From: Thermofilum pendens Hrk 5 | Lineage (GTDB): Archaea; Thermoproteota; Thermoprotei; Thermofilales; Thermofilaceae | Assembly (NCBI RefSeq): GCF_000015225.1 | Contig: NC_008698.1 | Coordinates: 1,710,001-1,742,000, forward strand | Direction: 5' to 3' | Length of the DNA stretch: 32,000 nucleotides | In this document: positions 7,928 to 16,459 of the stretch, in pieces | Position numbering within the stretch: position 1 is the stretch's first letter | How the letters are laid out: every line of letters starts with the position of its first letter | The notes under the pieces: model-generated | Told to the model about the DNA's origin: nothing | The model's input: only the letters and a program-made list of their open reading frames with translations | The model's database searches: none | Position numbers and translations under genes: made by a program

Positions 7928-8824
7928 TTACGAGGAGGCGTACTTCTCCAGCTTGGATATCCTGGCTTCGAGGGACTTCAACTCTCCTTCCAGAACCTCT
8001 GGGGGGATTTTCCCCTGCTTGGCTGCGGCCTCCAAGGCTTCCAGCTTTATTTTCAGCAGGTCTAGCTGTACCTTCGCGAAGCTCCCGTAACCAGCGGAGG
8101 ACTTTAGCTCCTTCACTTTGTCGGCGAGAGTCGACGTGGGTGGTTGCTGGTATATTTCCCCGCCCCTTATGTAGAACGTCCTCGTGGCGAGCTCGGCTAT
8201 CTCCGGGTTGTGAGTAACGATTATTATCGTCTGCCCGAAGGCCTCGTTGAGCCACTTAACGAGCGAGAGGACTCTCGACGCTGAGTCCACGTCGAGGCTA
8301 CCCGTCGGCTCGTCCATGAGTATTATGTCGGGGCTCGGGGCGAGCGCCCTCGCGATGGCGACTCTCTGTTGCTGCCCCCCGCTAAGCTGCCTAGGGAACT
8401 TCTCCTCGTGTCCCTTGAGCCCCACTATTTCCAGCATTTTGAGTGCTATCTCGCGGGCCTGCCTCCAGGAGTACATACCCGTGAATATCAGCGGCATCAT
8501 TACGTTCTCCACGGCCGTGAGGTTGCGTATCAGGTTGAATGACTGGAATACGAAGCCTATCTTCCTCGCCCTTATCTTCGTCAGCTCGTCCTCGTCTAGG
8601 TCCGTTATGTCGACACCGCCCACGATGACCCTCCCCTTCGATGGCCTTTCGAGCCCTCCCGCTATGGAGAGCAGGGTGCTCTTACCGCTACCGCTGGGCC
8701 CCATTATGATTGCTAGCTCCCCCTGATTCACCGAGAGGTTAACGCCCTTCAGGACGGGGATCTCCTCGGACTGCGTCCTGTAGATCTTCCAGATGTCCCT
8801 TAAGACTAGGGCTTCCTCACTCAC
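7928..8824 (-). CDS. ABC transporter ATP-binding protein (MacB/LolD/FtsE-type) with ~70-aa C-terminal coiled-coil extension
   Basis: Walker A GPSGSGKST, Q-loop, signature LSGGQQQRVAIARAL, Walker B ILMDEPTGSLD, H-loop VTHN. The extra C-terminal segment KVQLDLLKIKLEALEAAAKQGKIPPEVLEGELKSLEARISKLEKYASS is absent from typical ~230-aa homologues. Overlaps the permease gene by 8 nt. Confidence 0.95.
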   Translation of the reverse strand: MSEEALVLRDIWKIYRTQSEEIPVLKGVNLSVNQGELAIIMGPSGSGKSTLLSIAGGLERPSKGRVIVGGVDITDLDEDELTKIRARKIGFVFQSFNLIRNLTAVENVMMPLIFTGMYSWRQAREIALKMLEIVGLKGHEEKFPRQLSGGQQQRVAIARALAPSPDIILMDEPTGSLDVDSASRVLSLVKWLNEAFGQTIIIVTHNPEIAELATRTFYIRGGEIYQQPPTSTLADKVKELKSSAGYGSFAKVQLDLLKIKLEALEAAAKQGKIPPEVLEGELKSLEARISKLEKYASS

Positions 8825-9968
8825 TCTTCAACACCTCGACAGGCCTTATCGAGGTAGCCTTCCAGACCGGGTATAGCGACGACAGAACGCTGAGCCCCGC
8901 GGCGAGCAGGAAGCCCAGCAGTAGGGTCGCGGGCTCGAGTATGAGCGGAGGGTTCAGGAAGCCGTAGGAAGACACCACCTCTATACCTACCTGGGCGCCG
9001 ACTATGCCGAACACTATCCCAAGGATGCCTCCCGACACGCCGTAGACCAGCGACTCGAGCATGAATATCAACGCTATGTCCCTCCTCGAAGACCCTCCCG
9101 CGCGCATAATCGCTATCTCGCGTTGATGCTCCCTAACCGTGGAGGTAATCGTGCTCGTAGTCCCGAAGACTGCCACAGCGAGGCCTACCAGCGTTGTGGA
9201 GAGGAGGAGGCCCTCTATCAGCGACATTACCTTGAAGACTACCCCTATGACCTCCTCGCGGAGCATCACCCTAGACCCCGGGTATACAAGCGAGATCAGT
9301 GTTTTGACCTCCTGCGGGTCGACGCCGTCCTCGACCTTCACGACCGCCATGCTCACGTAGCCGGGCCTCCCGAGGAGGTTCTGCGCCTCCCTGAGGGGAA
9401 GGATCAGGTAGCCCCCCGCCGCTCCTATCTCCTCGATCTTCATAGCGACCTCGGCTATCCCTACTACCTCGTACTGCTTGAAGTAGGTCCCGTAGGGGGG
9501 CTTAACGGTGACCTTGTCGCCCACCTTTAACCCCAGCTTTCTAGCCAAGCCGACGTCCGCTATCGCGTAGGCCCCCGTCAACCCCGTGAAGGGCTGACCG
9601 TCGACGAACCTCGAAACCACGTTCTTTATGTCCTCGGGGCGGACGCCGAGCAGGAAGACGGCGTTCCTCCCAACGTACCCCGTGACTAGGATTGCCGGTG
9701 TAACGTCCTTCACGCCGGGAAGCCTCTTGATATCGGAGAGAACGTCCTCGGACACGTCGTAGAGCCCCTGCCCGTAGACAACGACCTCCCCGGGGAGAAC
9801 CTGCTGTACAATGTTCATAGCCGCCGTGCGGCTTCCAAGGCTTAGGATCCTGAGGCTTACGAACGTGGCGACGCCGCTCGCTATCGCGAGGATCGTTAGC
9901 GCGGCTATGAGCTTCTTGAAGAGTATGTCCCTCTCGACGAACTTTAACGCGAGCCTCCAAACGCTCAC
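8817..9968 (-). CDS. ABC transporter permease, FtsX/MacB-type (4 TM with large extracytoplasmic domain)
   Basis: TM1 near residue 20, an extracytoplasmic domain of about 200 aa, then three C-terminal TMs with an FtsX-like pattern (REIAIMRAGGSSRRDIALIFMLESLVYGVSGGILG). GTG start, translationally coupled to the ATPase. Confidence 0.9.
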   Translation of the reverse strand: MSVWRLALKFVERDILFKKLIAALTILAIASGVATFVSLRILSLGSRTAAMNIVQQVLPGEVVVYGQGLYDVSEDVLSDIKRLPGVKDVTPAILVTGYVGRNAVFLLGVRPEDIKNVVSRFVDGQPFTGLTGAYAIADVGLARKLGLKVGDKVTVKPPYGTYFKQYEVVGIAEVAMKIEEIGAAGGYLILPLREAQNLLGRPGYVSMAVVKVEDGVDPQEVKTLISLVYPGSRVMLREEVIGVVFKVMSLIEGLLLSTTLVGLAVAVFGTTSTITSTVREHQREIAIMRAGGSSRRDIALIFMLESLVYGVSGGILGIVFGIVGAQVGIEVVSSYGFLNPPLILEPATLLLGFLLAAGLSVLSSLYPVWKATSIRPVEVLKSE

Positions 9969-9990
9969 GCGGGGTCTACGGCGGGTTAGG

Positions 9991-10000
9991 TATTTAAAGA
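9991..10000. promoter_or_regulatory. TATA box in the divergent intergenic region (permease operon / methyltransferase)
   Basis: TATTTAAAGA lies 23-32 nt upstream of the minus-strand GTG at 9968 and 42-51 nt upstream of the plus-strand ATG at 10042. Confidence 0.45.
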
Positions 10001-10041
10001 TCGCCTACACGAGAAACGGGGGCAGGGGTTTGCATCGAGGA

Positions 10042-10617
10042 ATGCCCAGCGGCGCGCCGGGGCAACGCCTGCTACGCCTCCTGTACAGGTTCGTCCCCCA
10101 GGCTTACTACCGCTCCAAGGCGAGGGAGGTTCCGTATTCCCCCATGCTGATTGATGTGGGTAGCGGGAGGGGGCTTTTCCTCGGATCCCTTGCTGGGAGG
10201 TACGGTTTCGCTGTCGGGGTTGATGTCGACGCGGAACTCGTGAAGGCTTCGCCGAGGAGCCCTCATGCCTGCTACGTAGTGGCATCTGCGTGCATGCTAC
10301 CGTTCAGGGACTCCTGCTTCGATACCGCGGTTTTCCACGACTCGCTACACCACTTCGTGCGGCCGTTCGACGCGCTGGAAGAAGCCCTGAGGGTGTCTAG
10401 GAAAAGCGTCCTCATATTCGACTACGACGGAGGCGGGGCTCTCGCTAGGATAATCGCCACCGTGGAGAAAGCTCTAGGGTTTCCCGCCAGCTTTCTTCAA
10501 GCCTCGATGCTCGCTGAGAGGTACGGGGCGAGGGTAAGGGTCGGGCGGCTCGGATCGATGACCGCAGAGATAGACGCAGGCTCCTGGAGGAAAAAGCCGT
10601 CAAGCCAAGGCCTCTAG
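10042..10617 (+). CDS. Class I SAM-dependent methyltransferase
   Basis: Motif I LIDVGSGRGLF, motif II VGVDVD, and FDTAVFHDSLHHF. The ORF-track start at 9811 would overlap the permease gene on the opposite strand, so the ATG at 10042 downstream of the TATA box is preferred. Confidence 0.8.
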   Translation: MPSGAPGQRLLRLLYRFVPQAYYRSKAREVPYSPMLIDVGSGRGLFLGSLAGRYGFAVGVDVDAELVKASPRSPHACYVVASACMLPFRDSCFDTAVFHDSLHHFVRPFDALEEALRVSRKSVLIFDYDGGGALARIIATVEKALGFPASFLQASMLAERYGARVRVGRLGSMTAEIDAGSWRKKPSSQGL

Positions 10618-12164
10618 GTTTGTACGAGGTCCGGGTAGTACTCCCTCAGTGCCCTCACTATGTCGACGCGCATCGTCAGCGAGAGGACAGCGCTCAGCGC
10701 GACCTTGAGGAAGCCTTCCCTGTCGTTCGCGTAGAGATCCTTAGCCTGGGCGTACTTCCTCTTGAACTCCTCGTAGTCCTTCTCGTCGATCTCGCTCACG
10801 CGGGGGTCTTTCCCGAAGTCTATCAGTTCCCTTATGTCCTCCCCGAACAGCCACCCGTTCACCCCGTCCGTGAGGAGTTCTACTACGGCGCCGTCGCGCG
10901 AAGCGATGGACGGGACAGCGTTAACCCCTGCCTTCATGAAGCTCGTCCCCGAAGCCTCCCACCCGGGGAAAGGCGTAAATGCCAGCACATCGGCCCCCGA
11001 GAGTATGATCTTAGCGCTCTCCACGGAGTAGTCGTGGACGTAGACAACGTTGGGCCGCGTTTTCTCCAGCTCCTTGAACTTCCTCATGTACTGCAACCCC
11101 TCCTTGTCCTCCGGGTGCGCTTTCCCGCCGAGAACGAAGAGCGTGTCCCTGTCGCCGAGCTCCTCTATGAGCCTGACGGGGAAGTAGGGCCTCTTGTACT
11201 TCGTCACTCTGCGCGTCCACGCGAAGATAAAGGTGTCCTGGTCAACGTTGACCTGTTTCCTGGACTTCAGGAACCTGACGAGCTGGTCCCGCATCTCGAG
11301 CCTGACGCCTCTCAGCGTAGCGACGTCGAGGCTCCCGCTCGCGAACAGGTTTCTCAGCTTGGGGTTCATCCACCTATCTATGTTTACGCCGTTAGTCACG
11401 AACCTCGCTTTGTGGTAGTACTGGGGTATCACGCGCCTCATTATGTCGAAGTGCTTCGAGCTGACCATTACTACCTCGTAGGCGGTGGCTGCCCCGATAC
11501 TTGTCAGCACAACGGGGTTCTCGATGAACCGGTAGCCGAGCTCCTTGGCAAAGAGGTCCCTCGGGAAGGACGGGTGCCCCCAGGGCCCGGGAGTGTGTAT
11601 CACCAGCCGGTACCTCCCGGGTATCTTGAACACTAGGGGTATCACGGCGGTGTACGCCTCCTGGAGGTCTATGTACGCTATGTTCTCCAGGCCTATCCTG
11701 TCCTTCATGTAGGCTACGGCGGCGCGCGCGAGGAGGATGTACTTGTAGAACCTCTCCTCCGCGTCCCTCTCCAGGAAAACCCTCTCGCCGAGGCTACGCG
11801 CCCAATCCGGGCTTACGGGCTCGAAGAACACAGCCTTAGCGCTTCCATGCTCGTACTCCCATGCCTTGACGGCTACCTTCTCCCCCTTCAGGAAGACCTC
11901 CAGCTCGCCGCCGTCCTTGAGAGACCCCAGGAAGCTCGCAGGCTGGGGTTGCGGCTTGGCGACCGGGTTCAGCGAGTCATCGAACGCGTAGTCCACGTAG
12001 CCGTTCCTGTAGAACAGCGTCAAGGCGTAGTACTTCAGCCCCAGCTTCGCCGCCGCGTAGAACTTGTCGCCTTCCAGCACGCCTAGGCCTCCGGCGAACG
12101 TGTAGCCGTCGTCAAGGGCCAGCTCGGGCGTAACGCTAACCACAACCCTGGGCTCGGAGTCCAT
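10614..12164 (-). CDS. Alpha-glucan (glycogen/maltodextrin) phosphorylase family protein, short archaeal GT35 type
   Basis: N-terminal FAGGLGVLEGDKFYAAAKLGL resembles the GGLGVLAGD motif of the short phosphorylase family. The later LGGKAHPEDKEGLQY resembles the PLP-lysine region (GKAHP). Length 516 aa. Confidence 0.75.
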   Translation of the reverse strand: MDSEPRVVVSVTPELALDDGYTFAGGLGVLEGDKFYAAAKLGLKYYALTLFYRNGYVDYAFDDSLNPVAKPQPQPASFLGSLKDGGELEVFLKGEKVAVKAWEYEHGSAKAVFFEPVSPDWARSLGERVFLERDAEERFYKYILLARAAVAYMKDRIGLENIAYIDLQEAYTAVIPLVFKIPGRYRLVIHTPGPWGHPSFPRDLFAKELGYRFIENPVVLTSIGAATAYEVVMVSSKHFDIMRRVIPQYYHKARFVTNGVNIDRWMNPKLRNLFASGSLDVATLRGVRLEMRDQLVRFLKSRKQVNVDQDTFIFAWTRRVTKYKRPYFPVRLIEELGDRDTLFVLGGKAHPEDKEGLQYMRKFKELEKTRPNVVYVHDYSVESAKIILSGADVLAFTPFPGWEASGTSFMKAGVNAVPSIASRDGAVVELLTDGVNGWLFGEDIRELIDFGKDPRVSEIDEKDYEEFKRKYAQAKDLYANDREGFLKVALSAVLSLTMRVDIVRALREYYPDLVQT

Positions 12165-12187
12165 AGGGACCCATAACCCTTGGGAGG

Positions 12188-12208
12188 CTAAAAACTTTTA
12201 ATTATTCC
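12188..12208. promoter_or_regulatory. Bidirectional A/T-rich promoter region (phosphorylase / ZIP transporter)
   Basis: CTAAAAACTTTTAATTATTCC: one half lies 24-31 nt upstream of the minus ATG at 12164, the other half 26-36 nt upstream of the plus ATG at 12232. Confidence 0.45.
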
Positions 12209-12231
12209 TGGGTGCTAATTCTCAGAAGTTT

Positions 12232-13008
12232 ATGCTTCGAGAGGTAGGGCTCGCCCTGCCGGGAGACCCTGTACTGGCGAGCCTAGCCATGGGGCTATTC
12301 GTGGCTTTCACGACGAGCCTCGGCGCGGTGCCCGTTCTCTTCGGGAAGAAGGCCTGGAGGCACTTCACCCTGGCCCTCTCGTTCTCTGCCGGAGTGATGC
12401 TCGTCTCGAGCTTTACCAGCTTGATACTGCCGGCCCTCGAGGCGACGAGGTCCTTCGCGCTAGTATCCTCGGGGATACTTCTAGGCGTGCTGGCGATAAT
12501 GGCTGTCGACAGGCTGGTTCCCCACGAGCACCTCCTCAAGGGTTACGAGGGTCCCCCCGAGGGCAGGAGGCTCCTCAAGAAGAGCTGGCTCATAGCCCTG
12601 GCTGTCATCATCCACAACATACCGGAGGGGCTAGCGGTCGGCACGTCCATAGCCTACTCCGTCCCCCTGGGAGTAGCCACGGGCCTCGCGATAGGCTTGC
12701 AGGACATCCCGGAGGGGTTCGCCGTGGCATTCCCCATGGCTCAGGTAGCGGGTCCAAGGAAGGGGCTAGCCTACGGAGTGCTGAGCGGGCTCTCGGAGAC
12801 CCTGATGGCAGTGCTAGGGGCTTACTTCTTCACCGTGTTCTCCGCGCTCCTCCCCATAGGCATGAGCTTCTCGGGAGGGGCAATGCTCTACGTGACAGTC
12901 AAGGAGGTAGTCCCGGAGATATACAGGGAGCAAAGCGGCGAGTACGCGGCTACCGCGGGCTTCCTGCTCGGGTTCCTGCTCATGCTCTTCCTCGACTCGA
13001 TGCTTTAG
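12232..13008 (+). CDS. zupT: ZIP family (ZupT-like) divalent metal transporter
   Basis: Multi-TM protein with the paired signatures HNIPEGLAVG and QDIPEGFAVA typical of ZIP/ZupT. Confidence 0.88.
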   Translation: MLREVGLALPGDPVLASLAMGLFVAFTTSLGAVPVLFGKKAWRHFTLALSFSAGVMLVSSFTSLILPALEATRSFALVSSGILLGVLAIMAVDRLVPHEHLLKGYEGPPEGRRLLKKSWLIALAVIIHNIPEGLAVGTSIAYSVPLGVATGLAIGLQDIPEGFAVAFPMAQVAGPRKGLAYGVLSGLSETLMAVLGAYFFTVFSALLPIGMSFSGGAMLYVTVKEVVPEIYREQSGEYAATAGFLLGFLLMLFLDSML

Positions 13009-13037
13009 CGTGCGCAGAGTATAAATCTCTAGACTGG

Positions 13038-13562
13038 GTGTTGTACACCGTGTCCGGGGACATTGAGAGCTCCATACTGAGTAGCGAGAAGGTTAAGTTG
13101 GAGATGCGCGACTTCGAGGAGTGGTTTAAGCGCTACGGCGACTACCTGCTCGCGTACGAGCCCTCCAAGGTTGTCGTGAGGACAGCTTGGATTGCCCGCG
13201 TAATGCTCGACGAGGGCTACGCGCTCTACCCGGGGAGAGAGGAGGAGGTGAGGAAGGCGGTCGCTGGGATCCTAGTCGGGAAGCTCGAAGAGCTGGGCGT
13301 TCCGAGGGGCGCGATCAGGAAGGGGGACCTCAAGGGGAGCAGGCAGGACGTAGTCGAGGTGCTGAAGATAGTGTACCCCAACGTGTCCCAGACGGATAGA
13401 CCCTCGCTTCCGGCGGTGATAGCCCAGGAACGCGAGGCGAAAGTCGCGGAGGCACGGTTCTCAGCCTTCTCCCCGCGGAACCCCGGAAGCAAGTACATCT
13501 ACGCTTACTTGGCTACGCTCGTCCTGTCGGCCTTGCTTATCGCGCTCCTCTCCAGGATCTAG
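13038..13562 (+). CDS. Hypothetical tail-anchored membrane protein
   Basis: 174-aa ORF with coding-like codon usage and a single C-terminal TM (YIYAYLATLVLSALLIALLSRI). The GTG start is uncertain: TATAAATCT at 13019-13027 suggests the true start may lie downstream, for example the ATG at about 13104. Confidence 0.5.
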   Translation: MLYTVSGDIESSILSSEKVKLEMRDFEEWFKRYGDYLLAYEPSKVVVRTAWIARVMLDEGYALYPGREEEVRKAVAGILVGKLEELGVPRGAIRKGDLKGSRQDVVEVLKIVYPNVSQTDRPSLPAVIAQEREAKVAEARFSAFSPRNPGSKYIYAYLATLVLSALLIALLSRI

Positions 13563-13591
13563 CGCGGGGAAACTTTCAGTAAACTCTCCGC

Positions 13592-13605
13592 TTACCTTAT
13601 ATCTC
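13592..13605 (+). promoter_or_regulatory. TATA-box promoter of the nre/radical-SAM operon
   Basis: TTACCTTATATCTC with TTATAT at 13597-13602, 30-35 nt upstream of the ATG at 13632 (near-leaderless). Confidence 0.5.
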
Positions 13606-13631
13606 GGCGCACGCCGATAGCGCAGGGCAGG

Positions 13632-14858
13632 ATGGGCGAGCGCGCGGCGGCCACGTGCCTGCAGTGCAGGGGGGCTAAGAGGCTCTGCGGTAAGAGTAGC
13701 TGCCCTGTGCTCGACTTGTGGCTAGCACTCGAGAGGGTCAGGGTTCCGGAGACAAGAGAGATCGACGGTTACTCTCCGCCCACCGTTTTCGTCGGGAGGC
13801 ACGGGTACCCAGAGGTCAGGTTCAGCGTCGGCGTCCCGTCCATCGAGGGAGACCCCGCGCTGTTCGAGGACCAGGAGCGGTGGCTCTCGATGCCCCTACG
13901 CGACGTGATAGGCATGAGGCTCGGGATAGTAAGGGGCGAGGTACGGGTCAAGGTCGACGGTCGGGGGCTCTCGGACGAGGTTAGGCTTGCCGCTCTCTCC
14001 TCTAGGCCCGTCGACGTCGAGATCCTACTGGAGAAAGCCCCCAGGGCGAGGCCACTGGTAGACCTCTTCTCCCCTCCCCTGGGGCCCGCCGGCCCGGCTG
14101 CGAAGATAAGCGTGCTGGGTAACCCGAGCGTGCCCAGGAGCCTGGAGAAAGCCTACTACGACTACGACCTGGGCGCCCGCGAGGCTATATATGCACTCTA
14201 CAGGGAGGGCGTGCCGGTACACTACATCCAGAGGGCTCTATCCGTGGGGGCTCTGGGGCTGGGAGGGCGTAGGAGGATCGTCCCGACTAGGTGGGCTATA
14301 ACAGCCGTGGACTCGACGCTGTCGCAGGAGCTGATCGAAGAGGTTAAGAGGCTGGACTACTTCGACGAGTACCTGTTCTTCGAGAGAAAGTTCTCGGATA
14401 ACACGTTCGTGGCGATAATAGCGCCCGGCGCGTGGAGCTACGAGTGGATAGAGGCGTGGTTCCCGCACACGACGTGGAACCCCTCGGCGAGGCTCGAGGT
14501 CGAGGGGGACTGGGAGGGGTTCAAGGGTAGAACCACGTACGCCTCGCTGGGAGGCTGCTACTACGCCGCCAGGCTTGCAACCGCGGAGTTCATGCTCCGG
14601 GAGAAGAGGCAGGGAACGGCGATACTCCTCCGCGAGATATACGAGGGCTTCTTCCTGCCGATAGGGGTCTGGTTCGTACGGGAAAACGTGAGGGAGCTCT
14701 TCAGGTCCAAGCCGGAGAGGTACGAAAGCCTCGAAGAGGTGCTACGCAGGTTGGAGAAGTCTACGAGGCTACCCCTGGGCACGTGGCTCGCCGCGTCAAC
14801 CCTCCTGAGGAGGCTTTTGAGGCAGAGTAGCATCGAGGCGTACATATGGAGGGGGTAG
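13632..14858 (+). CDS. Archaeal Nre-family DNA repair protein (NreA/NreB-like, COG1602)
   Basis: N-terminal Cys cluster CLQCRGAKRLCGKSSCP typical of Nre_N, about 400 aa in length, and a C-terminal PIP-like box QSSIEAYI(W) five residues from the end, matching the known C-terminal PCNA-interacting motif of NreA. Confidence 0.75.
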   Translation: MGERAAATCLQCRGAKRLCGKSSCPVLDLWLALERVRVPETREIDGYSPPTVFVGRHGYPEVRFSVGVPSIEGDPALFEDQERWLSMPLRDVIGMRLGIVRGEVRVKVDGRGLSDEVRLAALSSRPVDVEILLEKAPRARPLVDLFSPPLGPAGPAAKISVLGNPSVPRSLEKAYYDYDLGAREAIYALYREGVPVHYIQRALSVGALGLGGRRRIVPTRWAITAVDSTLSQELIEEVKRLDYFDEYLFFERKFSDNTFVAIIAPGAWSYEWIEAWFPHTTWNPSARLEVEGDWEGFKGRTTYASLGGCYYAARLATAEFMLREKRQGTAILLREIYEGFFLPIGVWFVRENVRELFRSKPERYESLEEVLRRLEKSTRLPLGTWLAASTLLRRLLRQSSIEAYIWRG

Positions 14859-15691
14859 TGTACAGGAGGATCAGGGTTGAGAGCGTTCTCTCCAAGTCCG
14901 GGCTCTACGACCTAGACTACGCCTACAACCCCTACGTCGGCTGCTCCCACGGGTGTGCCTACTGCTACGCGAGGGCGTACACGAGGCACACCGAGGTGGC
15001 GAGGAACTGGGGCAGGGTCGTCTACGTAAAGGAAAACGCCGTGGAGGTGTTAAGGCGGGAAGTAAGGGTGGCGAGGAAAGGCGTGGTAGGAGTGTCGACC
15101 CTAACGGACCCCTACCAGCCCGTGGAGGAGGTTGAAGAGCTTACAAGGCGCGGGCTAGAGGTGCTCCTAGGAGAGGGGTTCAGGGTGAGCGTGCAGACGA
15201 AGTCCCCGCTAGTCGTGAGGGATCTCGACGTCCTGGAGAAGTACGCGGGCCTTGTGGATGTGGGCTTCACGGTAACGACGCTAGACCCCGAGACCGCTCG
15301 CCTAGTGGAGCCGGGAGCCCCGCCCCCTGCCAGCAGGGTGGGAGCGTTGAGAAAGGTGAGCGAGGCCGGCGTGGAGACGTGGGTCTTCGTGGGGCCTATA
15401 ATGAGGGGGGTGAACGACTCGGCGGAGAACCTCAGGAAAATAGTGGAGACGGCGGGGCGCGTGGGCGCCAAGGTTTTCTACGACTTCTTCCACTTCAAGC
15501 CCGCGCTCGACGAGTCCATGTCCCCCGTCCTCGAGAAGCACCCCGACGCTACGTCCACCGACCCGCGGTGGCGCGCGCTCGTGGAGCGAGTCCTCCTGGA
15601 GGCCTGCAGGGACGAAGGCGTAGAGTGTAGGCCAGCCTTCCCGAAAAAGAGCACTAGCCGCCAGTCGAGGCTTACCAGCTTCCTTGACTAG
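14846..15691 (+). CDS. Radical SAM protein, SplB/DNA-photolyase-like family (COG1533)
   Basis: NPYVGCSHGCAYCYAR contains the CxxxCxxC radical-SAM cluster motif in the context typical of the SPL-like family. The ATG lies inside the last codons of nre (13-nt overlap). Confidence 0.88.
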   Translation: MEGVVYRRIRVESVLSKSGLYDLDYAYNPYVGCSHGCAYCYARAYTRHTEVARNWGRVVYVKENAVEVLRREVRVARKGVVGVSTLTDPYQPVEEVEELTRRGLEVLLGEGFRVSVQTKSPLVVRDLDVLEKYAGLVDVGFTVTTLDPETARLVEPGAPPPASRVGALRKVSEAGVETWVFVGPIMRGVNDSAENLRKIVETAGRVGAKVFYDFFHFKPALDESMSPVLEKHPDATSTDPRWRALVERVLLEACRDEGVECRPAFPKKSTSRQSRLTSFLD

Positions 15692-15702
15692 CCCCCGGGG
15701 CG

Positions 15703-16413
15703 TTACCACTTGTAGGGGACGAGGCAGGACTGGTAGCTCCCCGGCGGGAGGTAGGATATCTTCAGCGTGAACTTTGCGCAACCGTGGCAGAAGCCCCCAG
15801 GGTCCTCCACGGGGTCCAGCTCGTACACAACCTCGCTCGGCGACGCCTTCACGAGGCGCGGTTTAATGGAGTAGCACTTGTCCATCGACACCGGTATGGT
15901 TACGTCGACGTAGGCCACTCCCCCCTCTGTCCTCTGCTTCATCGTGGCGACGCAGGATCCCTGGTAGCCGCTCCGATCCACGGATACAACCTCCACGCTG
16001 AGGTTGCCTAGAACGGGCACCGCGCTCGCATTGGACTCTGGACCCCCTGTAACGATTATCTTCAACGCGTAGATAACCCTCCAAGCTCCGGGAGACCAGT
16101 TCCCCGGCGCCGACACGTTGCAAGACGGGCAAGGCGAGCCTCCCCCGGTCAGGTTGCCCGCGACAGGCGCGGTGCCCCCTTGCCCAGCCGTCGAGCCCGA
16201 GGTGCTAGGAAGGCTGGCGTTCCGCGGTTCTCCGCCTGTCTCCGGGCCCTGCTCGGCGCCGGCCGGGGGTTGCCGCGGCTGCGGAGTGGGGTTAACCCTG
16301 GGCAGTGGCGCGGTCCTGCTCTCTACGTCGTACCAGGCGAGAGCTACAAGTAACAACGTCGCCGCCACTAGTAGCCCGACAGCCAGGATTGGCTTCGCGT
16401 CCACGAGCCCCAC
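15703..16413 (-). CDS. Hypothetical membrane-anchored extracellular Cys-rich protein
   Basis: N-terminal signal-anchor (ILAVGLLVAATLLLVALAWY), a Pro/Gly/Thr-rich linker, and a ~140-aa C-terminal domain with 8 Cys including CPSC and CHGC pairs. GTG start. Confidence 0.6.
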   Translation of the reverse strand: MGLVDAKPILAVGLLVAATLLLVALAWYDVESRTAPLPRVNPTPQPRQPPAGAEQGPETGGEPRNASLPSTSGSTAGQGGTAPVAGNLTGGGSPCPSCNVSAPGNWSPGAWRVIYALKIIVTGGPESNASAVPVLGNLSVEVVSVDRSGYQGSCVATMKQRTEGGVAYVDVTIPVSMDKCYSIKPRLVKASPSEVVYELDPVEDPGGFCHGCAKFTLKISYLPPGSYQSCLVPYKW

Positions 16414-16459
16414 GATAAAGGCGGTTGGATATATCTGTGCTCAAACTATATAGGTAGGG

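Noticed and set aside
9811-10041. N-terminal 77-aa extension of the methyltransferase ORF
   Set aside because: It would overlap the permease gene on the other strand and start upstream of the TATA box. The methyltransferase fold begins after the ATG at 10042.
10620-11636. 338-aa plus-strand ORF
   Set aside because: It is antisense to the phosphorylase gene. It has an R/P/V/E-rich shadow composition and no motif.
12605-12611. Perfect C-box ATGATGA on the minus strand
   Set aside because: It is antisense within the ZIP transporter gene, with no downstream CUGA at guide spacing and no terminal stem.
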